From Eledone cirrhosa (lineage: Eukaryota): a stretch of DNA of 64,000 nucleotides. Positions 39,920 to 54,200 of this stretch are shown piece by piece; the stretch's first letter is position 1; every line of letters begins with the position of its first letter. The notes beneath the pieces are model-generated. The model made no database searches and had not been told where the DNA came from. It saw only the letters and a program-made list of their open reading frames with translations. The position numbers were made by a program, and so were the translations under genes. The stretch lies in assembly GCA_964016885.1 (NCBI GenBank), contig OZ024741.1:117800001-117864000 (forward strand), read 5' to 3'.

Positions 39920-41695
39920 ACATTTACAGTGTGTGCTGGGTGCTTTTTGTCGTGACTCCTACACGACCACTTTACAGTGTGTGCTGGGTGCCTTTTGTCA
40001 TGACTCCTACACGATCACATTTACAGTGTGTGCTGGGTGCTTTTTGTCATGACTCCTACACGACCACTTTACAGTGTGTGCTGGGTGCCTTTTGTCATGA
40101 CTCCTACACGACCACATTTACAGTGTGTGCTGGGTGCTTTTTGTCGTGACTCCTACACGACCACATTTACAGTGTGTGCTGGGTGCTTTTTGTCGTGACT
40201 CCTACACGACCACTTTACAGTGTGTGCTGGGTGCCTTTTGTCATGACTCCTACACGATCACATTTACAGTGTGTGCTGGGTGCTTTTTGTCATGACTCCT
40301 ACACGACCACTTTACAGTGTGTGCTGGGTGCTTTTTGTCATGACTCCTACACGACCACTTTACAGTGTGTGCTGGGTGCCTTTTGTCATGACTCCTACAC
40401 GACCACATTTACAGTGTGTGCTGGGTGCTTTTTGTCGTGACTCCTACACGACCACTTTACAGTGTGTGCTGGGTGCTTTTTGTCGTGACTCCTACACGAC
40501 CACTTTACAGTGTGTGCTGGGTGTTTTTTGTCGTAACACCTACACGACCACTTTACAGTGTGTGCTGGGTGCTTTTTGTCGTGACTCCTACACGACCACT
40601 TTACAGTGTGTGCTGGGTGCTTTTTGTCGTGACTCCTACACGACCACTTTACAGTGTGTGCTGGGTGCTTTTTGTCGTGACACCTACACGACCACTTTAC
40701 AGTGTGTGCTGGGTGCTTTTTGTCGTGACTCCTACATGACCACTTTACAGTGTGTGCTGGGTGCTTTTTGTCGTGACTTCTACACGACCACTTTACAGTG
40801 TGGGCTGGGTGCTTTTTGTTGTGATACCTACACGACCACTTTACAGTGTGGGCTGAGTGCTTTTTGTCGTGACTCCTACACGACCACTTTACAGTGTGGG
40901 CTGGGTGCTTTTTGTCGTGACTCCTACACGACCACTTTACAGTGTGGGCTGGGTGCTTTTTGTCATGACACCTACACGACCACTTTACAGTGTGGGCTGG
41001 GTGCTTTTTGTTGTGATACCTACACGACCACTTTACAGTGTGGGCTGGGTGCTTTTTGTCGTGATACCTACACGACCACTTTACAGTGTGGACTGAGTGC
41101 TTTTTGTTGTGATACCTACACGACCACTTTACAGTGTGGGCTGGGTGCTTTTTGTTGTGACTCCTACACGACCACTTTACAGTGTGGACTGAGTGCTTTT
41201 TGTTGTGATACCTACACGACCACTTTACAGTGTGGACTGAGTGCTTTTTGTTGTGATACCTACACGACCACTTTACAGTGCGGGCTGGGTGCTTTTTGTC
41301 GTGATACCTACACGACCACTTTACAGTGTGGGCTGGGTGCTTTTTGTCGTGATACCTACACGACCACTTTACAGTGTGGGCTGGGTGCTTTTTGTTGTGA
41401 TACCTACACGACCACTTTACAGTGTGGACTGAGTGCTTTTTGTCGTGATACCTACACGACCACTTTACAGTGTGGGCTGGGTGCTTTTTGTCGTGATACC
41501 TACACGACCACTTTACAGTGTGGGCTGGGTGCTTTTTGTTGTGATACCTACACGACCACTTTACAGTGTGGACTGAGTGCTTTTTGTCGTGATACCTACA
41601 CGACCACTTTACAGTGTGGGCTGGGTGCTTTTTGTCGTGATACCTACACGACCACTTTACAGTGTGGGCTGAGTGCTTTTTGTTGTAACACCTAA
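39920..41695. repeat. Minisatellite, 48(49)-bp unit, about 37 copies, derived from an RTE/SINE 3' tail
   Basis: ttacagtgtgtgctgggtgctttttgtcgtgactcctacacgaccact; preceded by the (CAT)n and tail sequence at 39732-39920. Confidence 0.97.
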
Positions 41696-43330
41696 ACTAT
41701 ACAGCTTTTTACAATTATTTGAATGTGTATGTGTGTATCCTTAAGGCCTTCTGTAGGTCTGTGAAACTATGGATTTATGCCTAGAATGTTCCTCTCCAAA
41801 GTACATGCAGTGACAAGGTTTTTTATGGAAGACCAGCAGTTGCCCATCTATACAAGTTTCCCATGGGTGGCAAATTGGCAGGGTCATTAGAATGTCAGAT
41901 AAAATACTTTGCAGCATTTGTTCTGGTTCTTAACACTCTGAGTTCAAATCCTGCCTGAGGTCAGCTTTGCCTTTCATCCTTTCGAGGTCGATAAAAAGTA
42001 CCAGTTAAGTACTGGGGTCAATTCTTCTTCTATATCTCTTTCTCACTTCCATACTCTCACTCTCTATCCTTCTCTGGAAGAAAGCTGTTGTACTCAGTCC
42101 TGGAGAGGGGATGGACTCTGCCAGGTTTCTTTTAAATTCCTAGAAACACTGTATGTCAGTACGGCACCCCTACGACCCCCTTAAGAGTTATGGGACCATA
42201 TATATACATACATACAAAGTCCCCCCCCCTCTCCACATCACTATTGTTGTTGAAGGGAAAAACAATAGCATCTGTGATATTGCGGATGAATACAAAAAGC
42301 TGAAAGAGATATCGCTCAGGACAGGTATCTTATTTATCAACCAAAAGGTGGTCGTATTGGTGACACAACAAAAATCACCCAGCCCACTCTGTAAAGTGGT
42401 CATGTTGGTGACACAATAAAAAGCACCCACCCCACACTGTAAGGTGGTCTTGTTGATGACATGACAAAAACCACCCAGTCCACCCTGTAAAGTGGTTGTG
42501 TTGGTGACATGACAAAAAGCATCCACTCCACCCTGTAAAGTGATTGTGTTGGTGACACAACAAAAAGTATCCAGTCCACCCAGTAAAGTGGTCATGTTGG
42601 TGACATGACAAAAAGCAGCCAGTTCAACCTGTCAGTTGGTCATTTTGGTGCCACAATAAAAAGCAGACAGTCAATGCTGTAAATGTAGTTGGTGTTAGGA
42701 AGGGCATCCAGCCATAGAAATCAAGCCAGAAACAGTTCTGAATGAGCCAGACTCAGTCATCTGATCTGACTTGTCTCACAACGGGACAACCCGTCTAACC
42801 TATGCTAGCGTGGAAAATGGATGTTAAATTGTGAGGATGATGATCATAAGATGAAAGGCAAAGTGTTGACCTGGGTGGGATTTGAACTCAAAACACTGAG
42901 ACATGGATCAAATACTACAAATCATTCGTATGAATTTTTATAACACACCAGTGTCTAATACACTATGCTACGACTGTATTTCTTTATCTGATTCTGACAA
43001 TGTCATATACCTAATTATTCATCATCGTCATCATCATCGTTTTCATTATTATGATTATCATCATTATCATCATCATCATTATTATTATTATCATTATCAG
43101 TACTATGACTACAACACATAGAACATTAAAGTATTTAGTCTAACACATCAAATTTTCACAATGATCTGTCTACTATTAAAGATACTGTAAACATTTGAAT
43201 TAACAAACCTGTTTTTAGACACCTTCTGTTAAATCATTACAAGTTAATAAGAGTTAAATTAATTTATTGGAGTGGTATATTTTGAATCTAATCTACACTT
43301 GTTTTTCACAACCAACTATATTTTTTCAGG

Positions 43331-43526
43331 ATGACTCAATACTCCAAAAGTCAGTTATTGAAGCTCATTCTTGTATCATTCTGCTGCTTTGGAGCCAATG
43401 TTATGATTATAGGCTTCATCATCTCATTATCCATCTACTATGTCGAGCTGAAACTGGCATTTCCTCATGATCTCAAGTATGTCACATTGGCTGTTTTCTT
43501 GCCAACAGGAATTTTTGGTTGTGCAG
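43331..43526 (+). CDS. SLC16/MCT-like MFS transporter, coding exon A (TM1-2)
   Basis: Acceptor ttttttcag|G ATG; hydrophobic ORF; donor GCAG|gtaag, phase 1. Confidence 0.85.
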
Positions 43527-45559
43527 GTAAGAACAGGATTGGTTTTTATCTATTATATCTATCTATTATTTGTTTGACATATCATCACTATTTCTCACTG
43601 TGTGTATCTATGTGACTGTTTGTATGTATGATATATTAACACACAATTACCATTATATATATATATCATCATCATCATCATTTAATGTCCATCTTCCACG
43701 CTAGCATGGGTTAGATGGTTTTGTTCCATTTGATGCGGGAATGATCGGGAGACCATATCTCGCTCGTACGGAAGTGTCTCTGGTAGATTTTACAGCTGGA
43801 TGTCCTTCTTAACACCAACCACATTTACAGTGTGGACTGGGAGCCTTTTTACCGTGTCTCCTACACGGCCACATTACAGTGTGGACTGTTGTGTCATCAA
43901 CACAGTGGATGGAAAGGGGGGATGGGGTAGTGTGTGTAGGGTGGGGTGTACATTGGGTTAAGAGGTGCCTACTGACTGTAGGTTTGTATGCAATGGCAGT
44001 CCGGTCTTCTGTACAACTGCATATATAAGGGTAATTGCGTGTTAAATCTATTATTAGTTTTCAGGTATAGATTAACAAATCTTTGTGTAAGCTGGATTGA
44101 GCACTCAACATAGTATAGCCCTATTGTTATGATAATATCACATAGCTGCATGTACGACATAGTATTAGTATAGTAATGAATTAGAAGGCAGTATAGTTGA
44201 ATTTCATCACATTCTATTTGTTACATAATCACTTTATACGTATTTTGATGGTATCTGTTATGTAATCCTCAGCTAAGATCTCATCAGACCGTTTTTTACT
44301 TGAATAAACATTAGTGATGTAAGTTCTTATCTGATATACCAACTGGCTGGCTTAGGTGTTGTTTCTGTTTAATATATATATTGTGTATTGTGTTGAATCT
44401 GTTAAGAGCTAGAAAAGAAGTTTCTACTGTAGAAACAGAACTTGGAATACACCTAGCACAGAAAAAGGTTTTAGTAAGTCGGTAAGAAGACAATACCATC
44501 AAGGATGTTGGCATGCTCAATATAAAGAAAATGAGTACGTGGGAATGCCATATGATGTACATAATGTAAAACATGGCTACACAAGAGGTATAGTGGGATT
44601 GTTGGCAGTCTAACATAAAAGGTAGACTTTGTATATAGAAGATGTACAGGAGTGGTTAACACTAAGAGCCCCAGTGTAATAAACTTTCTCCAATTCTGGG
44701 AAAACTCCAAAGAAGTAGTTGATAGTCTCTGATGACTAAGTGACCAAATTAGTGGCGGAGGAGATTGTTTTGAAAGTATAGTAACAAGCTAGAAAAAGTT
44801 CAAAGTACTGCCTTAGTTGACAACAAGAGATTTATTTCTATAAACTAAAGGTCATGATGTTTGTTATATTTATATCATCATCATCATCATCATCCTTTAA
44901 CTTCTGTTCTCCTGTTATCAAAGGGTAAATGTGTCATTACATACCAAGTTATCATAATTTTAGGTCTGTTTTTCCATACTTGCGTGGCCCTTTTTCAATA
45001 CAGCCTTACCCACACACATTGTGTTCCTTCATCATCTCTCCTGTGAGGATCAGCTTTTTTTAGATCTCCTCTCACCAATTCTGCCCAGGCCTTGTTGTGT
45101 TTTCTTCCATTGGCATCTCCTGACACTTCTTCACCTAATGATCATCATCCATATATATCACATGTCCATACCACCATATTCTTCTCCCTTCACACTACAT
45201 CTGATTCATCTTGTGTCCAGTTTTTCTCTCAGCTCATCAATGGTAGAAATCCATACCGAAATATAAACTATGAGTACACATGATGTATAGCAGAATCTCA
45301 GGAAAGCTAAAAAGAATATAGGTTATATATATATGGCAGATGTGCAGGAGCAATAAGCAGCAAGAGTACATTTTCACTTACTGCTTCAATGTTAGGTTTC
45401 TCTTGAGTCTGTTGGCATATTTTCTACATTCTTTTGCAATCGAGTGCAGTTTTTTTGTTGGCTTCATGTTCCAGAACATGCTGCAATGTCCAATCTTCTG
45501 GGAACCCTTATCTTTCAGATCTTTGTATTTATCCATTTATTTTCACTTTATTATTATTA

Positions 45560-45704
45560 GGTCTGAGTTCAAAACCCACCAAAGTTAGCTTTGCCTTTCA
45601 TCCTTACGGGGTTGATAAAATAAAAGCATTGGGGTCGATTTAATCACACCCCCCCCCCAAAAAAAAAATTGCTGGCCTTGTGCCCATAGTAAAAATTATT
45701 ATTA

Positions 45705-45739
<35 letters not shown>

Positions 45740-46280
45740 GAGGATAGTGATGGCAATGGATTGGTTGATCATTAGAGTGTCAGACAACATGCTTTGTGGC
45801 ATATAGTCACTGTCTTTTATGTTCTGAGTTCAAATCTTACCTTTCAACCTTACTAGGTCGATAAAATAAAGAACCAGTTACATACTAGGGTCAATTCAAT
45901 CGACTTTCCTCTCCCCTTTCAATTGCTGGCCTTGTACCTAAAGTAGAAACAATTATTATTAGCTTTGCCTTTCATCCTTATGGGGTCAATAAAATAAAAT
46001 ACCAGTCATGCACTGGGTCAATTTAATCAACTTTCCCCTCCCACAAAGTTGTTGGCTTTGTGCCTAAGGATTGGCAGTATCGGCAGGGTGTCAGACACCA
46101 TTCTCTGCAATATAGAGTTATGGCCCTTTATGTTCTCAGTTCAAATCCCGCCGAGGTTAGCTTCGCCTTTCTCCTTACGGGGTCGATAAAATAAAGCACC
46201 AGTAATGTACTGGGGTTGATTTCATTGGCTTTCTCCTTTCCCAAAATTGTTGGCCTTGTGCCTATAGTAGAAATCATTAT
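45560..46280 (+). mobile_element. Cluster of about 4 head-to-tail SINE copies in the intron
   Basis: The SINE core recurs at ~45590, 45840, 45962 and 46160. Confidence 0.85.
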
Positions 46281-47167
46281 TATCATCATCATCATCATCA
46301 GCATTATTGTTTACAGTATTTACATTTATTATTTTTTATTGATTCTCACATCATAATGAACTATAATGACTAAGTTAATTGCTGGGTAGTATACCATTCC
46401 CACCAAACTAAGCCAAGTGCTTTTGTGACAAAATAACTTTTTAATGGGGATCATCGCCACCATTGTCATTATCATCATCATCATTATCATCACCATCACC
46501 ATCATCATCACCATCATCATCATCATCATTAGCAGCAGCATAGTTTTCTACCATGTCCCCTTCACAGGGGAGGAGTTGAGCTAAAGAAATGAGGACTCTG
46601 AAAGCAGATGTGACTACCCCACCACATACACAGACTGAGACATACACATTCACACCTACACACACACACAAACATGCAAACAGACACACACACATACACT
46701 CACACACACACACATAGACACACACATACACAAACATGTGTGCTTCTGATGAGGAGTTTACCAATTGATTGAACAAATGGAACAGCCTACTTGTGAAATT
46801 AACTTAGAAAAAACTTACCATTCCACAGGCAAATGTGATATGGCTAGCCTTTTGAATTACAGGTACAAACCAATGTTTGCCAGCTGAGTGGAGTGGAATA
46901 ACATGAAATAATGCATATTGCTCAAGACGCCAATGTGCCTCCAGGAATTGAACTTAGAACCCTACGAATGTGAGCTAAACACCCTAACTACTAAAGCATA
47001 TACCTTCACACACATATCCATACAAAATCATACACACACACAATCATACACACACACAATCATACACACACCCAATCATTCACACACCCAATCATATATA
47101 CGTGCACACATAATCATACACACTCTATTGATGGATCTAATGAACGTATTGTTTTTTACTTGTACAG

Positions 47168-47311
47168 GTGTGATCTCTGGTTATGCCGTTAATAAATTTG
47201 GTACCCGGGTAGCAATGGTCTGTGGAAGTCTGTTACTCAGTTCTGGTATCATACTATGTTGTTTTGCACCTACTGTACCATATATTCTTGCATTCCTGGG
47301 AATCATGTCGG
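47168..47311 (+). CDS. SLC16/MCT-like transporter, coding exon B
   Basis: tacag|GT..TCGG|gtaag; 144 nt, phase 1/1; MFS motif-A-like GYAVNKFGTRV. Confidence 0.9.
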
Positions 47312-47520
47312 GTAAGCTTCAGCTACTCTATTACTACTTCGGTAGCTCTTTTTTTTTTACCAATCTGCCTCTGCTTCTCTCATAAAATTGTCCATTTTAA
47401 AGCATTCATATCTATATCAAAACAATGTGTTTTATCAGAAGGCTTCAGTAATACAAATGGAATATTAAATGTTAAAAACAATGACAGCAAGATGTTGGGA
47501 TATTACTTAGGAGTTGTTAA

Positions 47521-47742
47521 ACCCTTTAGCATTTAAACCACTCATATCTGGCCAGAATTCTTTCACCTCTTTCTGTTCAAACCGACTGTAACTGGACCCT
47601 CATACTGATGCTAAGGTATTGTTCTCAAAATAAATAATATCAAAATCTCATAGATTCGATATTATGTGAGATAATTATGTGAAATAGAGTGTTTACAGTG
47701 AAAATATAATAGTAAATATAGAGTAATGTAAATGCTAAAGGG
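47521..47742. mobile_element. piggyBac-type MITE
   Basis: TTAA|ccctttagcattta ... taaatgctaaaggg|TTAA; relatives at ~38505-38700 and 49320-49490. Confidence 0.85.
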
Positions 47743-49569
47743 TTAATAGTCCTTATATTTCCTCAATTCTTCTTTTGATGAAAGGATTTTACACCGAAAT
47801 ATTAAGGACTATTATACAACACTAAGATAGCATTATAACATCTTTGTTATCATTATTTTTAACATTTAATGTTCTATCTGCATTGCTGTAGTTTTTTAAT
47901 AAAATATACTATAGTGCTTGAAGCAAACTACACCACTCCCTTATCCATATTAAAACCCCACATCAAAATTCAACAACAGATACAGCTGCTTTATAGCTGT
48001 CCTTTTTTTTCTGATGGACATCCTTTTTCTTTATCTTTCTTTTCTTTTTTCTCTTCTTGTCTTTATCTAGCTCTTGTTTCTTTATTATAAGGGGTATTTG
48101 ATAATATCTCCCCTACTCTGCCATGGCTTACAAGCTCTATGTGGACATTTAAATTGATTAAATAAATAGATAAATAAATATTTATATAACAACTTTTTAT
48201 ATTATGTTTTAAACATTAATTTTTATTAAAACCCTCCAAATTATTGATTATTTTCAACATTAACTGAAACACATTTGATGTATTTCATGAGATTTATGGT
48301 TAAGAAACCTTTTTTATATCAAACCACCTGACCCCGGTCCTATGATTCAAAATATGTAAACATTTACCACAGTATATTAAAATAAGCAGTTTCATAAAGA
48401 TATATATCTTTTTCAAACTAACAACAGATCTCTTGTGATAGATTTATCTCAATATGTATCAAAGTATCAATAATAAAAGAAATAAAAATGATATAGCAGA
48501 TATAGTATTGAACTATCAGTTTGAGGTTTGTAAGTTCAAATCCACAAGCATTTTGTTGTGCTGTTGTGCAGAATATTTTAACCCATTTAATACCAAACTT
48601 CCTGAAACTGCCTCTGGTTCTATGGTATATAATTGACTGTTCTAACTATTAACATCCTGTACTGCACAACACCTCATTAGTAAGATATTCATGGAAAGTA
48701 CAATACAGTATTATAACTATAAAGTCTAATACTGCAAATGTTCACAACAATCTGGCCACTAATAAAGATACTGCTTTTCTACATTTTCTGTTAAAGTGTT
48801 CATATTTAACTAAAAATCTTCTGTCATAATTTTTACATAAGAACCTCTGTTATGTTACATTCCAGATAAGTTTTATAATATATATATATATTTAGAGGGA
48901 TTGTTCACTTTCCTAGTTTGGTTGAATGAAGATCTCTTCTATAGGTTTTTTGTAAGTGTATGTGCAACAAACAGTTCATGTTGCTCCTTGACTTTGTGTC
49001 AGATATTGTCATAAAGGGGATGCATTGAAATGTATCGTTGACCGCATGGTGCATTATAGATGCGACAGGCCAACAAACACGTCTTGTTGGCTTGAAAGTC
49101 GAAGTCGGAAGAGACAGCCTTCAGCTAATGACGTCAGAACTAAGGGCAGTTAATAGTCTGTTTTTAAAGCCAGACACCAGGTGGCGTCATCATGCTACCT
49201 ATATATCATCATCATTTAACATCCATTTTTGAAACAGAAATTTCCCAAATTACAGTTACTAGTTTCAGCTTTAGCCCTTTCATTATTCTATATTTACTAT
49301 TATGTTTTCACAGTAAAGGCTTTACCTCACATAATTATCTCACATAATATCGAATCTATGAGATTTTGATATTATATATTTTGAGAACAATACCTTAACA
49401 TCAGTATGTGTGGCCAATTGCAGCCAGTTTGAACAGAAAGAGGTGATGGAATCCTGGCTGGATATGGTCGGTTTAAATGCTAAAAGGTTAAAATAAACAT
49501 TACAGCCTCTTTATTGAGTACTCTTTCCTCTAGTTTGTAAACACCAACAATTTTCTAATTGTATTTCAG

Positions 49570-50724
49570 GTACTGGTTGTTCCTTGATATATATTTCCAT
49601 GAACACATCCATGGCTTACCACTTTCCAGATGTTGGTCGTATTTTAATTTCCCTCATAACCATTGGTGAAAGTTTCGGCTTAATAATCTTCCCTACACTT
49701 GTGTCCTATTTAGTGGATGTGTACTCCTGGCGAGGAAGTTTCCTTGTTCTTGGTGCCACAGTCTTACACTGTCTTCCTTTTGGTTTAGTATATTCCATGA
49801 AGACAGAATATTTTTACAACAGGAAGTGTTTAGTTATAGAGCCAGAACCCCAAAAAAAGGATGTTAGTGAAACGACACCTGCTTTCAAAGAACCCAGTGA
49901 AAGTGTACTATTACCAAATAGTATCAGCAAACATAGTTGTGTGTCAGATATGTCAAGTACAGCTAAAGAAGACAACTGCTTGCAAACAGAAGAAATTCTT
50001 CACAGCCTTAGTCATGATGAGAAAAAATCATTATTAAGTGAAACTAAAGAAACACTCAATTCCACAGTTGAAATGAATGGTAAAACCTACCAAGGAGATT
50101 TAACTGAAATTCCATACATCGAAAAAACAGCACCATTTTACACACAAGACAATAACAAATGTTCAGAAAACTCCCTGAAGATGAATTCCAATAGTAATAT
50201 CAATGCAAAGTCAACATCTCAGCCAGATATTTCCAAAAACTCAAAGCAAACCACTATGAAAAATATTTCATTTATTCTATCAAACAAAAATTTTATTCTT
50301 TTTCTAGGTACTTTATTTATAGCTGTTGGCAATATAAACACCATGGTAACTGTCCTACCTGATTACTGCTATTCTGTTGGCTTTACAGTAAATGAAGGAG
50401 CATGGATCTTCTCAGTAGGTGCCATTGGTGATATCATCTCCCGAATTTTGGGTGCTTTATTTCTTTATATGAAGATTCCAAGTATAGTGATTTATGCCAT
50501 TTCAGTCTTCAGCAGCAGCATATTTAGTTTAATTTTTCCATTTATATCTTCAATGACAGCCATCACAGTGGTAACATTCTTTTATATATTAACATCTGGA
50601 ATAGCATTTGCTGTCTATACTATTGTGGTGTTGGACTTCTTCAACTTGGAACTGTATTCCTTATCTACAGGATTGTCAGAGTCAGTTTCAGGAGTTGGCA
50701 TTATTTTAAGTGGATTTTTTATTG
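49570..50724 (+). CDS. SLC16/MCT-like transporter, coding exon C (TM4-11 with a long central loop)
   Basis: tttcag|GT..ATTG|gtaagt; YSWRGSFLVLG (MCT-type WRG motif); TM8 DIISR. Confidence 0.92.
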
Positions 50725-51042
50725 GTAAGTAATTTTCTGGTGTTATTTCTAACTGCTTGCAGAAATAGTTTTCTTTTCTGCCACCATACCATTTTTGTAC
50801 AAATAGACATATATGAGTAAATATTTAAATCTACCACAATAAATGCACTCAGTACATCCTGTAAGATGGTTGGCAATAGGAAGAGTACCCCACTTTAAAA
50901 ACCATGTTATATATATATATATCCTCATCATCAACATCGTTTAATATCTATCTTCCACGCTAGCATGGGTTAGATGGGTTTGTCCCATTTGAGGCAAGTT
51001 GGGTCGGGTGATCGTGTCTCGCTTGTATAGGACTGTTTCTGG

Positions 51043-51085
<43 letters not shown>

Positions 51086-51212
51086 TGTAATAGAATGAAA
51101 ACGAAATTTCATTTCTCACTCTTAGTACGGCACTTACTTAAATGTAAGTATGTATGTATACGTACATACATATATGTATACAGACGTACAGTAGCATGCA
51201 TATATATATATA

Positions 51213-54200
51213 TCATCATCATCATCATCATCATCGTTTAACGTCCGTGTTCCACGCTTGCATGGGTTTGGACGGGGATTTTCCCACTTGAGGCAAGAGT
51301 GATTGTCTTGCTCGCATAGGACTGTCTGGCGGGTTTTCTACAGCTGGATGCCCTTCCTAACACCAACCACATTTACAGTGTGGGGCTGGGAGGTTTTTAC
51401 ACGGCCACATTACAGCATGGAGTGTGTGTTTTTTTTTGTCGTGACACCTACACGATCTCATTTGTTTCGGCCTGGATGTTGTGGCACCAACATAACTTTA
51501 CATTGAAAGGGGCAGTGTGGATGGGGTGGGGGTGGTGGGACGGGGTGTATTTTGTTAGAGATGCCTACTGACTGTAGTAGGTTTTACTTTGTATTTAGGT
51601 AAGGCGGGTCTTCTCTATTACTGAGTACCGCCAAAGGTCTCGGTCCAGTGACATTGTCTTGGAGAGGTGTAAGTGTGTGAGGTCGGAATTTATCAGCTCG
51701 TCCCAGGTTTTTCTGGGTCTGCCTACTCCGTAGCTACCGTCTATCTTTATTGCCCTGCACTTTGTTATACAGCTGTCGTCTTTCATGCGCATCACGTGAC
51801 CATACCAACGTAGCCTTCTCTCGAGTAAACAACATCTGATCCCTCTTATTTCTAATTTTTTCCTTAGTTCGCTTATGCTTTGCCGTTCATGTATGTTACT
51901 ATTACACAACCAGCGGAGCATGCAAGCTTCGTTCCTCTCTAGTCTGCGTATATCCTCTGCACACAATGCCCAGGTCTCACTGCCATGCAACATTGCTGTT
52001 CGTATGCAGGCATCATACAACCTGCCTTTCATTTTTAGGGAGAACCCTTTAGTGGCTAATAGTGGTATAAGCTCTCTGAACTTTTTCCATCCAGTTCTGA
52101 CTCTAGCTACTGTACTTTCAGAGCACCCTTCCCCACTGCTGATTTTGTCACCCAGGTAACGAAAGCTATCCACTATTTCTATAGAACCCTCTGCGCAATT
52201 GAAAGAGCTAGTATTTTGTGGGCACTTGCTGTTACTTATTGCACCAGAGCACCGGCCACATGTAAAATCTATGTTCTTAGTTAGCTTACCTGTGATCCCA
52301 CTACATCTTTTATGCACCTATACTTTGCATTTGGGACATAAAATGGAGTTTCTACCTACGCCTTTCCTACATACTGAGCATGGCCATTTCCCGGAAGGGA
52401 CCGTCGCCTTATTTTCTTTCCTACAAACTAGAACTTTAGTCTTAGCCAGGTTAATTTTAAGCCCTTTTGATTCTAGGCCATGCTTCCATGTTTGGAATTT
52501 CTTCTCTAGCTCGGCCATTGATTCAGCTATGAGCGTTAGATCATCTGCGTATAGGAGTTCCCATGGGCAGCCGGTCTTGAACTCCACTGTTATAGCCTGA
52601 AGGGCAATAATAAATAGTAGGGAGCTAAGAACAGAGCCCTGATGTACACCAACTTTTACACTAAACTCTTCACTATATTTGTTGTTAATTCTAACCTTGC
52701 TGACTGTTTCTTTATACATGGCTTGTATAGCTCTCACAAGCCATTCGTCAACACCTAGTTTTCTAAGAGCCCACCAGATAATGGAACGGGGGACTCTGTC
52801 GAAGGCTTTCTCCAAGTCAACAAAAGCTAAGTATAGGGGTTTACTTTTAGCTAGGTACTTCTCCTGTAGTTGTCGTACAATGAAAAGAGCGTCTGTGGTA
52901 CTTTTGCCTGACACAAAACCGAACTGCATTTCATCTAGATCAATTCTCTCTCTGATTAGTTGCGCTATAACTTTTTCCGTGACCTTCATGACCTGGGCGA
53001 TTAATTTAATGCCTCTATAGTTACTCCTATCTAGGGCATCTCCTTTACCCTTGTAACAGTTAATGATGATGCTGCTACGCCAATCCTTCGGAACAACCCC
53101 ATTCTGTATGACTTGGTTTACTATCCGGGTGACCATGGTGTGTCCCACTGTTCCAGAGGCTTTCAGCATCTCAGCAACTATTTCCGAAGGCCCAGCCGCC
53201 TTACCCATCTTCATATCTTTGATTGCTTTACTTATTATACTACCTTCGACTAACACTGCTGGTCCCTCTATTGGGTCGATGTGGGGGAGACTGTCTTTCT
53301 CCCATTTATTCTCCTCATTTAGAAGCCTTTCGTAGTGACACTTCCAAGCTACCTTCTTATCAGCGTCAGTGATGGCAAGTACACCATCATCATTAAGTAC
53401 ACACTTCTCCCCGACAATATCACGGTTTTCCTTGACACATTGCCTAGCAATCCTGAACACCTCACGTTTTTGGTCCTCACGTTGTAGAACATGCTTGAAC
53501 TTTCTTTCCTCTGCTTCTCTTCTTGCGAAGTACACTTGTCTCCTAGCTTCCCTCCTGGCCACTTGATCGTCTTCTCTACTTCCCCCATCCCGCCATACTT
53601 TCCAAGCCTGCTTTTTGGCCTTAATTGACTCCTCCACCTTACTGTTCCACCACCATGTTACTCTCCTCCTACCTACAGGCCTGCTCCAGCCACAGACTTC
53701 GTCTGCCGCCGTCAGCAGGTTTGCTTTCAGGAATTCCCACTGTTCCTCTATATTATCTGACTCTAATTGCTCTTCCTTACTGTCGAAAGCATCAAGTAAC
53801 ATGCTTTGGAATTTATTTCTGGCTGTGGGGTCCTTTAACTTCCATATTTTTCTCCTGAGGATAGTCCTCTTCTGTTGTCTAGTACGTCTCGTCCTGACTA
53901 TGAGGTCGCTAATTATCAGTCTATGTTGGGATGTGCATTCTTCATGGAGGAGGGATTTAGTGTTTACAACAGACACTCTGTCACGTCCTCTGGTAAGGAT
54001 ATAATCTACCTGGCTGGTATGTTCCCCCGATCTGTAGGTGATCAAGTGATTGTCTCGTTTTTTGAAGTTAGTGTTACAGATAGTTAGGTTATTTGCATCA
54101 CAGAATTCCAGGATTCTGGAGCCTTCCTCATTTCTAGTACCAAACCCATAGCCTCCGTGGATTCCGTCATAGCCGTCACAATGTTGACCAACGTGGCCAC

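Noticed and set aside
39920-41695. CRISPR array, or a 474-aa Cys/Thr-rich protein gene
   Set aside because: Units are contiguous with no unique spacers, there are no cas genes and the context is eukaryotic; the ORF exists only because 48 is divisible by 3 and one frame lacks stops.
44230-44292. Minus-strand hammerhead-like motif CTGATGA..AAAA-tacgta-TA
   Set aside because: GAAA is mutated and stem I does not pair; at most a dead relic.
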